NCBI GenBank assembly: GCA_008632985.1
Contig: QPGO01000020.1
Location: 434,001-498,000, forward strand
Direction: 5' to 3'
DNA: 64,000 bases
From: Psammoneis japonica
Taxonomy: Eukaryota
Shown: positions 37,099 to 49,974 of the stretch, one piece after another
Layout of the letters: every line of letters begins with the position of its first letter
How positions within the stretch are numbered: the stretch's first letter is position 1
Program-made: the position numbers and the translations under genes
Notes under the pieces: model-generated
Told to the model about the DNA's origin: nothing
What the model saw: the letters and a program-made list of their open reading frames with translations, nothing else
Database searches by the model: none

Positions 37099-37769
37099 CT
37101 AGTAGCAGCATTCGTTTTCAATCGCATCTCTCATGTCGCGTGGATGGAACCAAAGGTTTAATCCATACTTTTTTCCCCGTGTGACTGCCATGGCTTCATG
37201 GAATGTCAAGCCATGCACTTTCTCAAAGTCGTTGTCCAACACATTTTGCCACAAGACGGCTCTTCCCTTCTTCGGCGAGACGCGCTTTTCAATCTCAGTG
37301 AAACGAAGATCGCCACCTTCGTCGACATCACTCAGAAATACGTAAAGAGTCAATATTCGATTTCCACATCGTTCTGGTCCTTGTGTCGAAATGACATCGT
37401 GGTGCTCTTCATAGTGCCCACCCTCATTGTACATTAAAATCTCCATAAATTCCGTGTTTTCGATCTTCATGCCCGTCGTATTGAGCATTCGCTTCATGAC
37501 TTGCTCCCCGATAGGCTCATCTTCACATCCATCCGCACACCATGCATCCAAACTGGTTCGTCCTTGCCCCACCTTGTCGCCAAAGGCTCCGTCAACGTCA
37601 ATCTCTTCCGAGATTTCGCTCGTTTGTTCAAAGCCAATCTCTGCGCCCTTCTGAATCAACCAATCGCACTGGGCGTCATGGGCTCGGCAACAACCTCGAC
37701 CTGCGCCATGGTAAAGCCAGACAGATGCCAGAGCCCTGCCAACGCGACAAGCAGATGCGATACCATCAT
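37099..37769 (-). CDS. Prolyl 4-hydroxylase-like 2OG-Fe(II) oxygenase (signal peptide in a shifted frame)
   Basis: RTS..AWC, ILMYNEGGHYEEHHD, GNRILTLYVFLSDVDEGG, PKKGRAVLWQNV, TFHEAMAV..GKKYGLNLWFH. The leader MMVSHLLVALAGLW starts at 37769 in a different frame. Confidence 0.85.
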
Positions 37770-38334
37770 GATGAATCCCCTTCTTATTTCCGATTGATAC
37801 TCTGTACAACAGACTCTTTGCAACGCACAGGTATGCTTTTTTGCAATGCGAATGGTATGCCTCCTCTGCAACACACAACACTCTGTGCTACTATGTCCAC
37901 AAAATCGGGAATACGCAAAAATGAATCTTGCCAAAAGCCAAAAGTGTCATTGCGATCTTTGACTCCTTCGATTCCACCACGCCAGCACAGATGCTCATCT
38001 GCCGAAAAAGAGAGAAATTCTGTAGAAAACGCACAAATCGATGCTTTTTCGTATTTTTGACGCCGTCCAGACGTCGCACAATCGCGAAGTGCGTGGAATA
38101 GAAAGACGCACAACATCAACCCGCAAGCACAAAACTACCGAGGCAAGCATCTGTCAGAACATCTCCATGCAACATGTAATCCTCTTTGTACATTTTTCTG
38201 AATGTAGGCTGAAGCCTCATGTAAACGATTTGGGCAACGGCGCCATTGTCGGAAGGTTGCTTGTTTCGTCGCACGTCGTGTCACAAAGCGACAAGGCAGG
38301 AGGAAGGTCGTTTTTTTCGAAGATGACATCATTT

Positions 38335-38790
38335 TCTAAAAATGCGTAGAATGAATACCAGCGATAACGGGGGCACTGATAAATTTCCACAAACACCGGT
38401 CATTTTTGAAAAATGCGTAGAATCAATACCAGTGACAACGGGGGCATTCCATCACTTTTTGTCAAAATACGTAGAAATCATATGAGATTCCACGGGGGCA
38501 CGATTTTTAGTTTTTTTGGAACTTAAAGTATAGGTTTTATGCCCCGAGAATTCCACGAAAAATTTGTACCTGGGGCATAGTATGTAGAATCATACCAGAA
38601 GTTTACGGGGGCAGAATTCCGCGACAATGTTTTCGAAAAGTTACGATGCCCCCGTGCCCCTGTGTTTTTCAGTAGTAATTTTCAGTATGTAAACAAACTA
38701 CCAAACTCGGTGTACAAAAGACAAAATGATCATTTTGGATTTTCAAATTACTGTGGTATGACATGCGTAGAATCCTGCGTAGTAGGACCA
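38335..38790. repeat. Array of (T)GCGTAGAAT..ACGGGGGCA motifs with an inverted copy
   Basis: Units at ~38340, 38411, 38465 and 38581. Inverted TGCCCCCGTGCCCC at ~38647. A further TGCGTAGAAT at ~38764. Confidence 0.7.
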
Positions 38791-38921
38791 CTCAAATCAC
38801 ATCGCAAGGCCCAACGAACGAACAGCGAACACGAACACGGCCCATTTGCTCACAGCTCACAACACACGACACAAGCACGACACACAAGACAAACAACATC
38901 CTGCAGCGCGACCAGCGACAC

Positions 38922-40255
38922 ATGGCGTCCGAAAACAACGACAGCAGCGTAGGTCGCAGCCCCACAGACTCAGAGTTTTGGTCTACTCCCAATGGTAAGT
39001 GACGAGGTGTGGTGTTGTCACAGAATCGCTTCTCTCTACCCTCGTTCTAAACTATTTCGACTGTTGCATCATCTCAACAGGGCAAGCTACTTTGGCTTTA
39101 GTGCAAGGGCTTTCTTCTCCATATGCGGTTTTGCAGGTACAGGCAAGGGATTCTGTTGAAGAAGAACAGGAGGAGGAGGAGGAAGGTGATATCCAGGAGT
39201 ATTTGAAGGCGACACCCACTGTGGCGAATCGAAACCTCCTGCTGTTGGATGAAGTACAACAAAAGGAGATTGTCCAGAAGGGCGTCAAGACGGTGGAAGA
39301 CCAGCTCTTCGAGGAAGTGGAAACCAATCCTAACTACGGCGTCATGGATTTGCTGAATGCGTCTGCCAATAATCCACGTATCAGCTTGCTCGCGACATCA
39401 CCCGAGTCGCACTACTGGAACAACGAATCAAACACGGAGGATCTCATGAAATCGTTGAAGAAAACGATTGCACAGAACGAATACGACGTCAAGCGAAATG
39501 CAGCGAGTGCTGCACAAGCCCAAGTAGACCTTGGAGCTGCAATCCGTGATCGTGATGCCAAGAAAGCTGCGTACGACGCCGCCTGCAGCTTTGTTGAAAC
39601 TATTGAAGCTCGACAAGCTGGATACATGGACGCAGCGGAGACAACCAAGGAGTTGAAGCGCAAGCACGAGGTCGACTTGAAGGTCGTAACTTTGCTCAAC
39701 GGAGCCATAGTCCATGTCAAGAGCCTTTATGCTGATCCCAGTCTTTACGATCAGTTGCCTTATGGCAGGACTGCTACAATGGCAGATCGCGATGCACTTG
39801 GGCGGGAAATATTCAAGTTGGACCCGAATTCGTTGCCTAGAAGCCAAAGGAAGCATATGCTCATTGCACGTCCTCTTAAGCTCTATGGATTTGAGTTGAG
39901 CCCTGCTGGCCATGCCTATGGTTCAGCCTTGAAAGTGGGCAAATCGACGAAGTCATCCGAGTACACGGTACAAACTCGTGGGGTGTTCGGGTGGCCTGCC
40001 GCCGCAGCCTCATCTGGAAAGAGACTATTACCGTCATCTGGTCTCGTTGCCACACCCCAGAAGAAGAAGCCCGCCATTATTAGCCAGAAGAGTATGACTG
40101 CATTGCAGACATTCTTCAGTTCTCCTCAAGGCAAGGAGATCCAGCATGTGGCCTTAGCCGTTTGCGCCGCTGCCAACACGAGTGAGGACCGCCAGCCACC
40201 TGCCGAGGACGACCGCAAGCCGCCTGCCAAGCAGGACGAATGTGCCTTTGTTTAG
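38922..40255 (+). CDS. Orphan coiled-coil protein, 2 exons (38922-38994, 39081-40255)
   Basis: ATG at 38922. GTAAGT..CAACAG intron 38995-39080 restores the frame. Long intact exon with a Glu tract, a coiled-coil and a C-terminal DRKPPA repeat. Confidence 0.75.
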
Positions 40256-41595
40256 ATTCATCCATAGCATCTTTGCTTCATCTCGCCCGTGCACTTTGGC
40301 AGTGTACATCAGCGAGCAGTCCTAGCTCTATGCACTTTGGCAGCGTATATGAGCACACAGATAGTAATCCTCTAATGTAGACCTTTCTTTCAGTCATGAC
40401 GAGCAAAACGTGTGCAAAGTGAATTTATCACCAATACCATAACTAATCTCATCAGCCGTAGACAGTCATGAGCTCATCACATCGCTGCTGAATATCCAAG
40501 GAATTACACACTCACCACACACCAGTAATTTTCCGAACGTCCTTGAGCTTTGCGGCTTCCTCCAGGGCTCGATCCCACATGCTAGCCTCGCAAAACTTTC
40601 TTCGACCGAAATCACGTGGTCGATAAAACGCGTAGTGTAAGACACGTCTTGAAAAGCAGCAAAGGGCTTCCCTCACCATTTTTGCTTGTGAAATGCTATT
40701 ACAGGTTGGAGGTGACGGCATCTAAATTCTGACAGGAATACAGGTACAAAATACCCTGAAGTGCATAGAGTACCGCTGGCAACCCTACCACCCCACTAGA
40801 GACAAAGAGAATTACCAATGTCGTTGCTGCTCCAACGCAACTGCTACTTTTTGGTGTGTTGTTAAAATTTCAACATGGCACTTATGGTAGATTCGACGAC
40901 TTCTTCCACGAACGTCACCCTTGATTTGTTAATTTTCGGATGCACATTCTTCTGGGAAATGTGTGGTTGCGTGCTGTATTGTAGTGCGAGCGGCAACATG
41001 TACACAACCGCCATGGGCGTTATCGTGGCTGACTTGAGAGCCAAAGTACAAAGACGGCAGTCCCCGCACCGACAAGAGCCGTGGGTGCTACTGCAAAACA
41101 CGTAATGATTGTTGGAAAAAATGAGGAGACTTGTAGTATTGCCGGTCTTGCTTGCTTGTGCTGTGAAAGGCCTTGTTCATCGTTGTTGTTGCCATCATCC
41201 AGGCCTGAAAGTGCACACAATTCTCATCCGCCAAGCGCACCAATGCCAAGATGGCTCTTGCATGTGGAAACATAGTTGTCGGTGTTGTAGTACTGTACGG
41301 TCGTAGTTTGTGGAAAGGATGATAATAATGCATGCACAGCGAGAAATGAACAGGTCGTTGGTCGTTGTTATCCCCGTTTTTGTACATTGAGCCCTCATCT
41401 GCAAGTTCAGTTCAATCTGCAAAAAAGCAAAACAATGTACAGGAAGGTCCATGCACAGCGCTTCACAGTCAGTCTCTCCATCCTGTAACGCGTTCCGTTG
41501 TTGTTAGCTGACAGAAACAACAAGCCTCCCTGCATTCGACACGGCGGCGTTCAGAAAGACGGGCCTCTGACATACAAGTTTTTCTCTGCCATATA

Positions 41596-42123
41596 CTATA
41601 TTGGTTCCCTTGTCATAATTACGGCAGGAAACATCAAATCTGGTCCCATCGGCACATTATACTTTTCTTTTACCTCAAATCCGAGCGAAGTATAAAAGGT
41701 TTGTCCATTGAGGCTGGACCAGCACTCAAACTTGTAAACGCCGTCTTTCTTGGCGTCGTTGCAACAATTTTCAAAAATCAATCGCCCCACGCCTCGTCTT
41801 GTGTAATTGGGATGAACTCCAAAATGACGAATGTGCCCAAGCCCAGATTCCATCTTGTTTGTCAGTGGATGCTCGTGCGTCCATCCCCCGCATCCAACAA
41901 TGTTATCATCGTCCGTTGTTGCGACATAAAAAGTGTTGGTATCCAGTAGCTTTGGCTGTGCCTTTGTCATGGATGGCAAGGCTATTTGGAGAACCTTTTC
42001 ATCATAGTGGCCAGCCATGAACTTTGGGTAACACGCTTCGAGCACTTTGTTGATTCCGGCCGTGTCTTGAGACGTTGCTGGTCTCACTGAGAATGCTGCT
42101 GCTGCTGCCATAGGAGGGACCAT
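41596..42123 (-). CDS. GNAT-family N-acetyltransferase
   Basis: VRPAT..D, FYVA..IVGCGGW, GHIRHFGVHPNYTRRGVGRLI (acetyl-CoA motif A), SSLNG..FYTSLGF. Intact single-exon ORF. Confidence 0.93.
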   Translation of the reverse strand: MVPPMAAAAAFSVRPATSQDTAGINKVLEACYPKFMAGHYDEKVLQIALPSMTKAQPKLLDTNTFYVATTDDDNIVGCGGWTHEHPLTNKMESGLGHIRHFGVHPNYTRRGVGRLIFENCCNDAKKDGVYKFECWSSLNGQTFYTSLGFEVKEKYNVPMGPDLMFPAVIMTREPI

Positions 42124-42439
42124 TTTAAATTTTTATTTGAAAGATACTCTTTCGTTTTGTCTTTTTTTTGCCAGACGTGAGCCTTCTTCTTCAACCTTGC
42201 TTGCACACCTCGTTCAGTGTGATCATCGAGCGAGAGCGAAGAAGTCAAAAATTCTATTGACGCATGGACAGACCGTGTTGGAGGGAGTTTCTGAATTTTC
42301 GAAATCTTTAGTACGAATGCCTCTGTAGATTGTACGCGCGAGGTGTTTTTCATTGTGTTCGCCGTGCATCGAAACGCGTCTTTGATCGCTCTCGCAAATC
42401 GCAGAAACAGCGTTACTCTCAGCTACGGCATCGTCTGAG

Positions 42440-45400
42440 CCCCAAAATAAAATACATCACAACAAACCAACAAGTGCACTGACATGATGTGCCTGGTCCC
42501 TTCTGTGGACTCGACTGACTGCTGTTGCAGTGACGAGCCTCGAGAGTCCACAAATGCGGTCACACCTGGCACATTGTTGACACACGAAAAAGGGCTCCAG
42601 TCCGATGAATTGATCACCCGTTGTTGCACGATTTGCCACATTGTAGACGAATCCAGTGTTGATGTTGAATTCTTTGTCAGTGGCTTCTTCCCCAACAAGG
42701 GACCAAGGATTGCTGCAATTCAAAAAAATTGTGAGGGATCAAAAGATGGAAGCGCTCACGCAATTGGGACCTGGACCTGACTTGTCACCTTTGGCGCGGG
42801 CTGCTTTAAAGGTGTTTTCAGTGCTTCTGAGCTGGGCACAATGAGGAGAAGTGGAGACTCCACAAGAAAGCAGAGGTTCAAATGTGTGCACACACCTTTC
42901 CAAGGAATGACCATGAGCAACTGCAGCACACTTTGGCCACAGCCGGGCTGCAAAGAATGAACTCCATGCCGCAAAATTATGTTGCAGTGATGCCTCATGT
43001 GGATCAAGCAGAAATGAGCAACATGCCAGCTTGAGCATTGCATCAAAGAACAGAAGGATTGGCGCTCCCCACCTCTGTTGTTGATTTTTCCTCTTGGTTG
43101 TTGCAGGGCTGACCCAGGAAGAAGAGTCACCAGAATGGGTTGTGGCCACTGTCTGTTTGGCTCACATTGATCCTTCAAATTTGCACCACCAGTGTCTTCT
43201 GTTTTCAAAGAGGTGTTCAGGTCCTTGGCAAAAAGATGTGGACACAGAGATTGCAGCTGTGGTGCATCAGCTGGAAACTTGTCTGCAAAATTTGTCAAAG
43301 GATGAGCCACAGACTCAGTGTGCAGTCATGCACCCCACTGTGACAGATTTGGGCTTCACAGTCTCATGGCAGGAGGGTGCAATTGCTGGCTGCCATGCTG
43401 TCAAGTGTTGCATCATTGTGCACCCTGGGTGATGCCCGCAACCCACACATTCACAGGTGGCAGTTTCAAATTGATGCTTTTCAAACAAACCTCATTTCAC
43501 GCAGCAAAAATTTTTTGCACCTGTCTTGCAGCAACCCACTTTTGGTGAGGGTTGAAATGGAGGGCAAACCTCAAGCTTCAAAAAATCACAATGCAGAAAT
43601 GCACAGAATCAGTGCCACAAGTTTTCCATCACAGGAAAATCAGCTCTGCTGTGCTGAACTGCCAAGCCCTCACAATCCTCATGCTCTTTGCAGAGTTCCC
43701 CCCCCCCCTTGGTGCCATTGCAGCCATGCTTTTTGTGCCATCAACTCAACACATGCGCTCTTGCTCATGTGACCAACCCACCACCCAGCTTTGTTCAATG
43801 CATGATCTGAAGATGTTGTTGCGCATGATTGACGTTCATTGTCAAGGGTGTCTGTAAGAGCATCTAACAATGAGCACTTTTGTGGCAGGCGTGTTTGTCA
43901 GCCAATGTGCACATGCTTCAAACAACCTGCTTCTTGTTCCCATCACATTGTTCTTGACCAATGGTGACAGCGAGGGTTGAGTGTGGTGCATGTGACTGTG
44001 CAGCATGATTGCAAATGTGCTGTGTGTGCAACACACACAGGTTGGCAATGACTGATCACATGATTGCATGAGCTGCTGTGTGCAACATTCTCACTCAGCA
44101 ACCTCACAAATCGCCCACACATCTGCCTTCTCCAAGATGACATCAGCATGGAAACTGCACCCCAAATCCATTGGCAGTGCTCTGTGTTTGCACATGCATG
44201 ATGCAAAACATGTCAGAATGGCAAGTGCTGTGGTCGTCAATGAGTGTCAAACTCAAGCTGATTCTGGGGGCATCTCACTCATCAAGCATGAGCACATTTT
44301 GTGCTTGCAGATGTTTGCTGGTCATCCCTGACTCTCAGTTGGATGAAAACAGATGTTGCACATCTTTTGTGGACAAAGCCATTGGCACTGTCTTTGTCTC
44401 TGCATGCAGTGACAGCTCTGACAAAGTGAGCAAATTGTCCCATGGTGGCTGCACATGCTGGAGTGAGGCTGAAAGAAAAGCTGTGACAATGAGCTGCCGT
44501 TTTTCAAGAAGTGAGATCCCTGCAAGCCTCCTTGTGTGCAGAGCTGTGTCTCCAATGCACCATGCACATGGCCTCAACATCATTTTGTGCAAAGTTGTTT
44601 TTTCATGAATGTCGCGCAATCACATGGCAAACTCTTCAATTTTTGAAAACATGGAAAAGCCACATGAGCTGGTTTCTTGCCTGGCACATGGGTCCACTGT
44701 GTTTGATTGGTGCTGTCTCAATGCCAAAGATTTCCTCACAAGCATTGCACCACATTTGCTGCAAACCCACTTTTTCTTGCAGGTTGCTTGAAGCAGCTCC
44801 CCGCCCACCTCTGAAGAGAGCAGCACACTGAAATGAGCTGTTGCAGCAAGAAAATCACACTCTCTAGTCAGAGCTGTCTCCAGCTGCCATGTGCACTTCA
44901 TCTCCCATTTCAGCTTGAACAGCAGCACTGCTTTTCTCTCACACAGAGCCTGGCTGCACTTCCAAGAGAAACCTTGCTGGAGGTGGCTGGAGGAGCGCAT
45001 CATCACCAAACCATGAAAGAATGGCAAGAACTGCTGAAAACCCTTCTTGCTCTGTTTGGCAATTGCCTCTGACTGGTGTTCACAAATGAGCTCAAACAAT
45101 TTGAGCACCAATTCAGCTGCTGCCTGGAATGCTGACAAAAAAGCCAATCTGGTCACTTGTGCTGGAACCTTGGAGAGGAGTTGCTGTGTGGCACCACCCA
45201 AATTGCTGCCACAGTGTGGCCACATTTTGCCATCGTTTTTCCTGGGTGACACATTTCACCTGGCAGCATCCATGGTCACCACATTTTGCACATCAGGCCA
45301 CATTTGGAAACGTGTGTGAAATTGCACAATGGCAGTTCCTGTCATGCAGCAACTGTGTGGACCACACCAGATCTTGATCTTGTTGAAGTTGAACTTCGGA

Positions 45401-47990
45401 TGCATGATGTCATCATCTGCTTTGTGCCTTGTGAGTGGTGACACAGATCTGGTCAAATCCATGTGATCTCAGGGCATTTTTTGTTGCCCAACAAATGCCC
45501 CAATGCACAAGTTTCCTGATTTGCATTTGCTGCAGAAATCAAGCAGCATGGTGGCAAAACCAATGCAACATCAAACCAACAACATCAGCTGACACAACAC
45601 ACCAAGACACCATGAGTGTGAAGACCAGGAAGATGGTCTGGCAAAAGTCACAGACAAGGTGTCATCAGCAGACAAGCACTTCCGCTGCAACTGACATGCT
45701 GCCAGATGTCTCCAGTGTGTGGGTGGATGAGTGCCTCTCCAAGGAGGGGTGGATTGGTGGTGTGGCTGGCACAACTCTCATTGAATGCCACAAAAGTCAT
45801 TGCTGATTTGACAAAGGTGAAGGGCATGCACATGTTGCTGTGCAAGGCCAAGACACATGCCATGTTCTTTGATGGGGTGGCGAACATTCAGAAGGCCACA
45901 AGAATTGTCGAGGTGGAGTTTCCCTGGGTTTCCTGTCCACATGGTGCCAAGCATTGCATGGCACTTTTCTTTTAAGATGTGGCTTGGCTGAAACCCATTG
46001 ATGCAAGTGAAACAGTCTTTTCTTCATCCACCGTGTCTTTCCCAGTTGTTCTTTGCACTGCTGATGCTCACACCAAGGTGCAAGAGACAAAGTTCTGCTG
46101 AGCAACAAGGTGACATGCAAGAGTGTGCTTGTTTTGCAAAGCCACACAAAAGAGCACAGCAGCAAAGCAAGGGCAGATTGAAAGCCAACAATTGTGTGAA
46201 AACATGGAAAAGCACCAACATGAGTTAATTTCTTGTCTTGCACATGTGCATCAGCAGCGCTGAAAATCTTTGACAGAGCAGCTGCACTGACACATCATTC
46301 ATTGCAAACCCACCCTGTCAGCACAAGTTGAAACAACTCTCTGCCCACCTCCAAAAACCAGCGGTGCACCATGCAAAGCTGTTGCAGCAAGAAAGTGTCC
46401 TCTCCAGCCAGAGTGCTCCTTCTCAGCTGCCATTCAGGGGCTCCATCCCCTGTTTGCTTGAAAGCAAACCATGCTGCTTTGCATTTTCCATCTTTAAATG
46501 ATGGTCTTCCTCTTTCAATCATTGAGTCTTGCTTCTGATCTGAAAGGATCTTGGAGGTGGAGCACTGTCAAACCAAGAAAGAATGGCATGACAAGAACGC
46601 CCATCATGCAAAGACCCTTGCTCTGCTTGGCAGTTGCTTCCAACCACCAGCACCAGCTCTGGGGCAGCTTGAAGCAACAAAGAGGAAGGGGCTGCAGAGA
46701 AGCACTGCACACAATGAGAGGTGCTGGATGGTGGTGGAACATCTGGTGTGAGCCAAAGCTCAGCAAAAAATTGCCAAGTGACTGCATTGTTGAGCAGCTG
46801 ATGCACTGTTGCAGAGCAAAACCTGTGTGCCCGAATGAGCTGCAATTGAAACTTTTCTCTTGCATCTTTTTTGAAGCATCCCTTGCAAACATGATTTTGG
46901 GTTGTGTGTTTGGGCTGATTGTTTTGAGTGGCAGCTGCCACAGCACATGATGTGGACCTGGCATTGTTGGAGGCCATTTGTGGCATGAACTTGCTGACTT
47001 GACATGCTTGTGCTGCCAACAATGAAGGTTTCACCACTTTGAAGGATGTCAGAAGTTTGTGAATCTGGTGCTGACATTGCCAAGAGATGGCAAAGTGGTG
47101 CCTGTCAGCTCGTGCAAGCAGTGCAAAAGGGAGGGCAAATCTTGGCACTGCCTGGAGCAGCTCTGGTGGGGGCCAGCAGCCACAGCCCATGCCGGTTAAA
47201 ATCAAAAGGGGCATCTTGGAGGCTTTGGCTGGTGGCTTGAATGTTTTGCATCCTTGGTGACTGTGGTGCACATGAAAGTGCATTCCTGCACTTGTTGTTG
47301 CAGAAAGTGGGGGAAATGGAGGCACCATTTGCAGTGTGTTGTGTGAACCCAGGCTGGTGCAATGGTGTTCACAAACAATGGGGAGTGTGGCATGGTGTCA
47401 GTTGCCACTTGCCAGCATGGCGGCATTTGATGGGGGTGCTTGTCAGGAGTGCTGCATGCTGAAGAAGGGTTTTTGGCTGGTGCTCCAGGTTTTATGCCAC
47501 AGACTCATGGCTGAGAATGAAGCTGGCTGACACAACACAGCGCAGCATCTGAAATGTCAAAAGATGTGTCATGCCTCCTGGAGTTTCACAGTCAATTGTT
47601 CTTCAGTGACTTGGAGAATGCTCACAATTTTTCTGTCATGGAAACAGCAGAAAGCTTTGCTGTTCTTTGCTGCAGCAGTTTCTGTCATAGACAGGGCAAG
47701 TCCAACCCAATTTGTTTGGAAGAAGACATGGAACTCCAGGCTGCTCTGTTCTGCAATTCACTGGCACTTGAGCATCAGCCCTGGACTTGGTTGGTGGTGC
47801 TACAGCACTGTCCCAAATGACTCTGACAGAGTGTCCATCATCATTTGAGGATGATGTCAATGTGCTTGTGACTGAGCTGCCCCAGCGAAGCATTTGCCAA
47901 CAAGGTTCTGAGAGCAAGCTGTGCTGTGTGGGCAGCATGCACACCAAGCTTGTCACAGGATGAGCTCCTTGAATGGGCTGGCCACCATGT
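42440..47990. other. CpG- and TpA-depleted block 3, mosaic of decayed coding/TE fragments
   Basis: Same signature as the other blocks. Sharp return to normal composition at ~48000. Confidence 0.9.
45780..45990 (+). mobile_element. Small fragment of a hAT-like (DUF659-type) transposase
   Basis: MFFDGVANIQKATRIVEVEFPWVSCPHGAKHCMALFF resembles the D.ASN..KA..FP...C..H...L.F catalytic segment. Confidence 0.6.
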
Positions 47991-48006
47991 TGGAGCAAAG
48001 CGAAAG

Positions 48007-48968
48007 ATGAGTAACGTCGAATGCGACGACAATGAAAATCAAGATCCGAACTCGGCTTCTCCTTTCTTGGGATCTCATTCACAAGTCGCCTCTCCCCATG
48101 TGTTGGGAAACCCAAGTGCAAAGCGTCGACGATGCGTTAAGGCTTTGAGGCCCATGCTGGTGGACTCTCCGCCGAAATCCGAAATGGAGCCTACTGTGAA
48201 GAAGGAGCTTTTCCCAGGATCAAACAATTCTTTCACTGTCACGTCATCAGGATTTACAGCACCTTCACCTCCCACTGGAACCCCTTCTGCATCGACTTCG
48301 TTTGGAGCTGCTACCTTTGCTTTTCCTTCTTCTACTACAAATTCTACTGGAGGAGCTACGACTGTTCCTGGAGCTCCTGCTTTCCATGTAGACCTAACGA
48401 ATCGCGGCACCCCGAACAGCAAACGGATTCGCAAGCCAAAAGCATCTGCTTCACCAGGAGCATTTCCATTCAGCATGCATCAAATCCATGCTCCTCTCAC
48501 CATGTCAGCACCTCAAGTCCCTGGCCACCAAGTTCCTGCCGCCCAAGTTGCTGGCGGCGGCCAGTCTAATGTGTACGATAACGGCAACGTATATTTGCTC
48601 AAGTTCCCGCTGGAGGACCGACAGATCAAGTCAGGAAACCAAGTGTTGAAGAAGTGCGTATGCGGGATTCGCAAACCTTTGAAACCCAGTATTCTGACCT
48701 CGTTCAAAATGCACCAAAGTCGGTAGAAGCGGACATTATTGTGAAGGAGATTGATGAATGTAAACGAGAGCTTGTAGCACTCGTAAACCGAAGCGACTCG
48801 CTCAGCAAAGATGAATTTCAAGAGTTGTACGGTATTCTTCAGTCGAATCGGATGGACGCAATCAACTTCGATTCCTTCGTTGGCACTGTGGAGGACATGA
48901 CAAACCTCAAGATGATCCGCAAGATTCTAAACCACTATGGCGATTATGTAGAGGACCACTACTGGTAA
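48007..48968 (+). CDS. Orphan Ser/Thr/Pro-rich protein with a helical C-terminus (one frameshift at ~48660-48700)
   Basis: ATG at 48007 right at the block boundary, putative NLS (KRRR). Continues in the overlapping ORF 48654-48968. Confidence 0.5.
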
Positions 48969-49195
48969 GGAGAGGCAACCAAATCTTTCATCAATGGGAA
49001 TTTTCGGTACACCTGCCATGGGAAGTATAAAACTTCTTAGTCGGCACGCCTGCCCTGAGAAGTTTGAAACTTCTTAGTAGGCACGCATAAAGCACACGCG
49101 GTGCTTCCAACCGCTACTTATGAATGTAAACTAAAAATGTTGTTAGTCTAGATTGCGTTTGAAGAATTCTGGTTCTACGGTACATTTCGTCTTAA
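48905..49195 (+). repeat. ~290-bp direct repeat, copy A (copy B at ~51465-51750; partial copies to ~52070)
   Basis: Near-identical sequence from GATGATCCGCAAGATTCTAA to GAAGAATTCTGGTTCTAC in both copies. Confidence 0.92.
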
Positions 49196-49554
49196 AAGCG
49201 TCCTTCGCGCTGCTCGGGGGAGCCATCCCGATTTTTACCGTGAGAAGTCGAGACGACAGATTGGACATTGACGGCTAAAAACGCAGTGTAGAACCGTAAT
49301 AAAGCGATAAGTACCTAAAGCTTTCAATAATGAGTAAGAAAAATGCAAAATAGCAAGAAAGTGTCGTTAGTTGCTTGCGTTCGAGGTGAATATCATCATT
49401 TTTCGCGGCAGCAAGTTGTGAGCTCCACAAATCATACACTTACCGTTGTCTACCATCAAATAACGCACACCATAATCCATATCGGCCGCAGACAAATGGT
49501 TCAAATGTCGACATGAAACTAAGAGCCGGTGTTCCTCGTTAGGGCTTTTAACAT

Positions 49555-49935
49555 GGTCGAAATCCTCCCTATATAAGTGTATGAAACGAGCGTATCAAAT
49601 AAAAAGAACGAGTCAGTGACACGAAAGCGCAATACGATTGTATCGCGACAGCACACGAAAAAGAGCAGCGGATGGTGATGCAATTACAAAATCCATTTTT
49701 TGACCTTTCGATTGAGCAATTACCTTCAAACAATCGATGAAAATAGTTTCTATATGATGGTAGAAACTATTCTAAAGCCCTGCTGTTGTTGAAAAGGTTT
49801 GGCAATAGCATGAAATGCCGTTCCGATTCTCATGGTGAGTGGCGTTCGGAGGGTGTGCGCATACGTGACTGAATGAGTCCCGCCTAACTTCATGCAGCCG
49901 CGCGATCGCTCCCGCTCGCCTCAGTCCTTACCGGC
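49555..49935 (+). repeat. Dispersed repeat / putative element end, copy 2 (retains CpG and TpA)
   Basis: Collinear homologue of ~23395-23815. Confidence 0.75.
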
Positions 49936-49974
49936 GTAGTTGCAGTGACACATCGCGATCGCTCTGCATCGACA

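Noticed and set aside
40500..41450. Short minus-strand ORF pieces between the orphan gene and the GNAT
   Set aside because: No coherent gene model or motif could be built.
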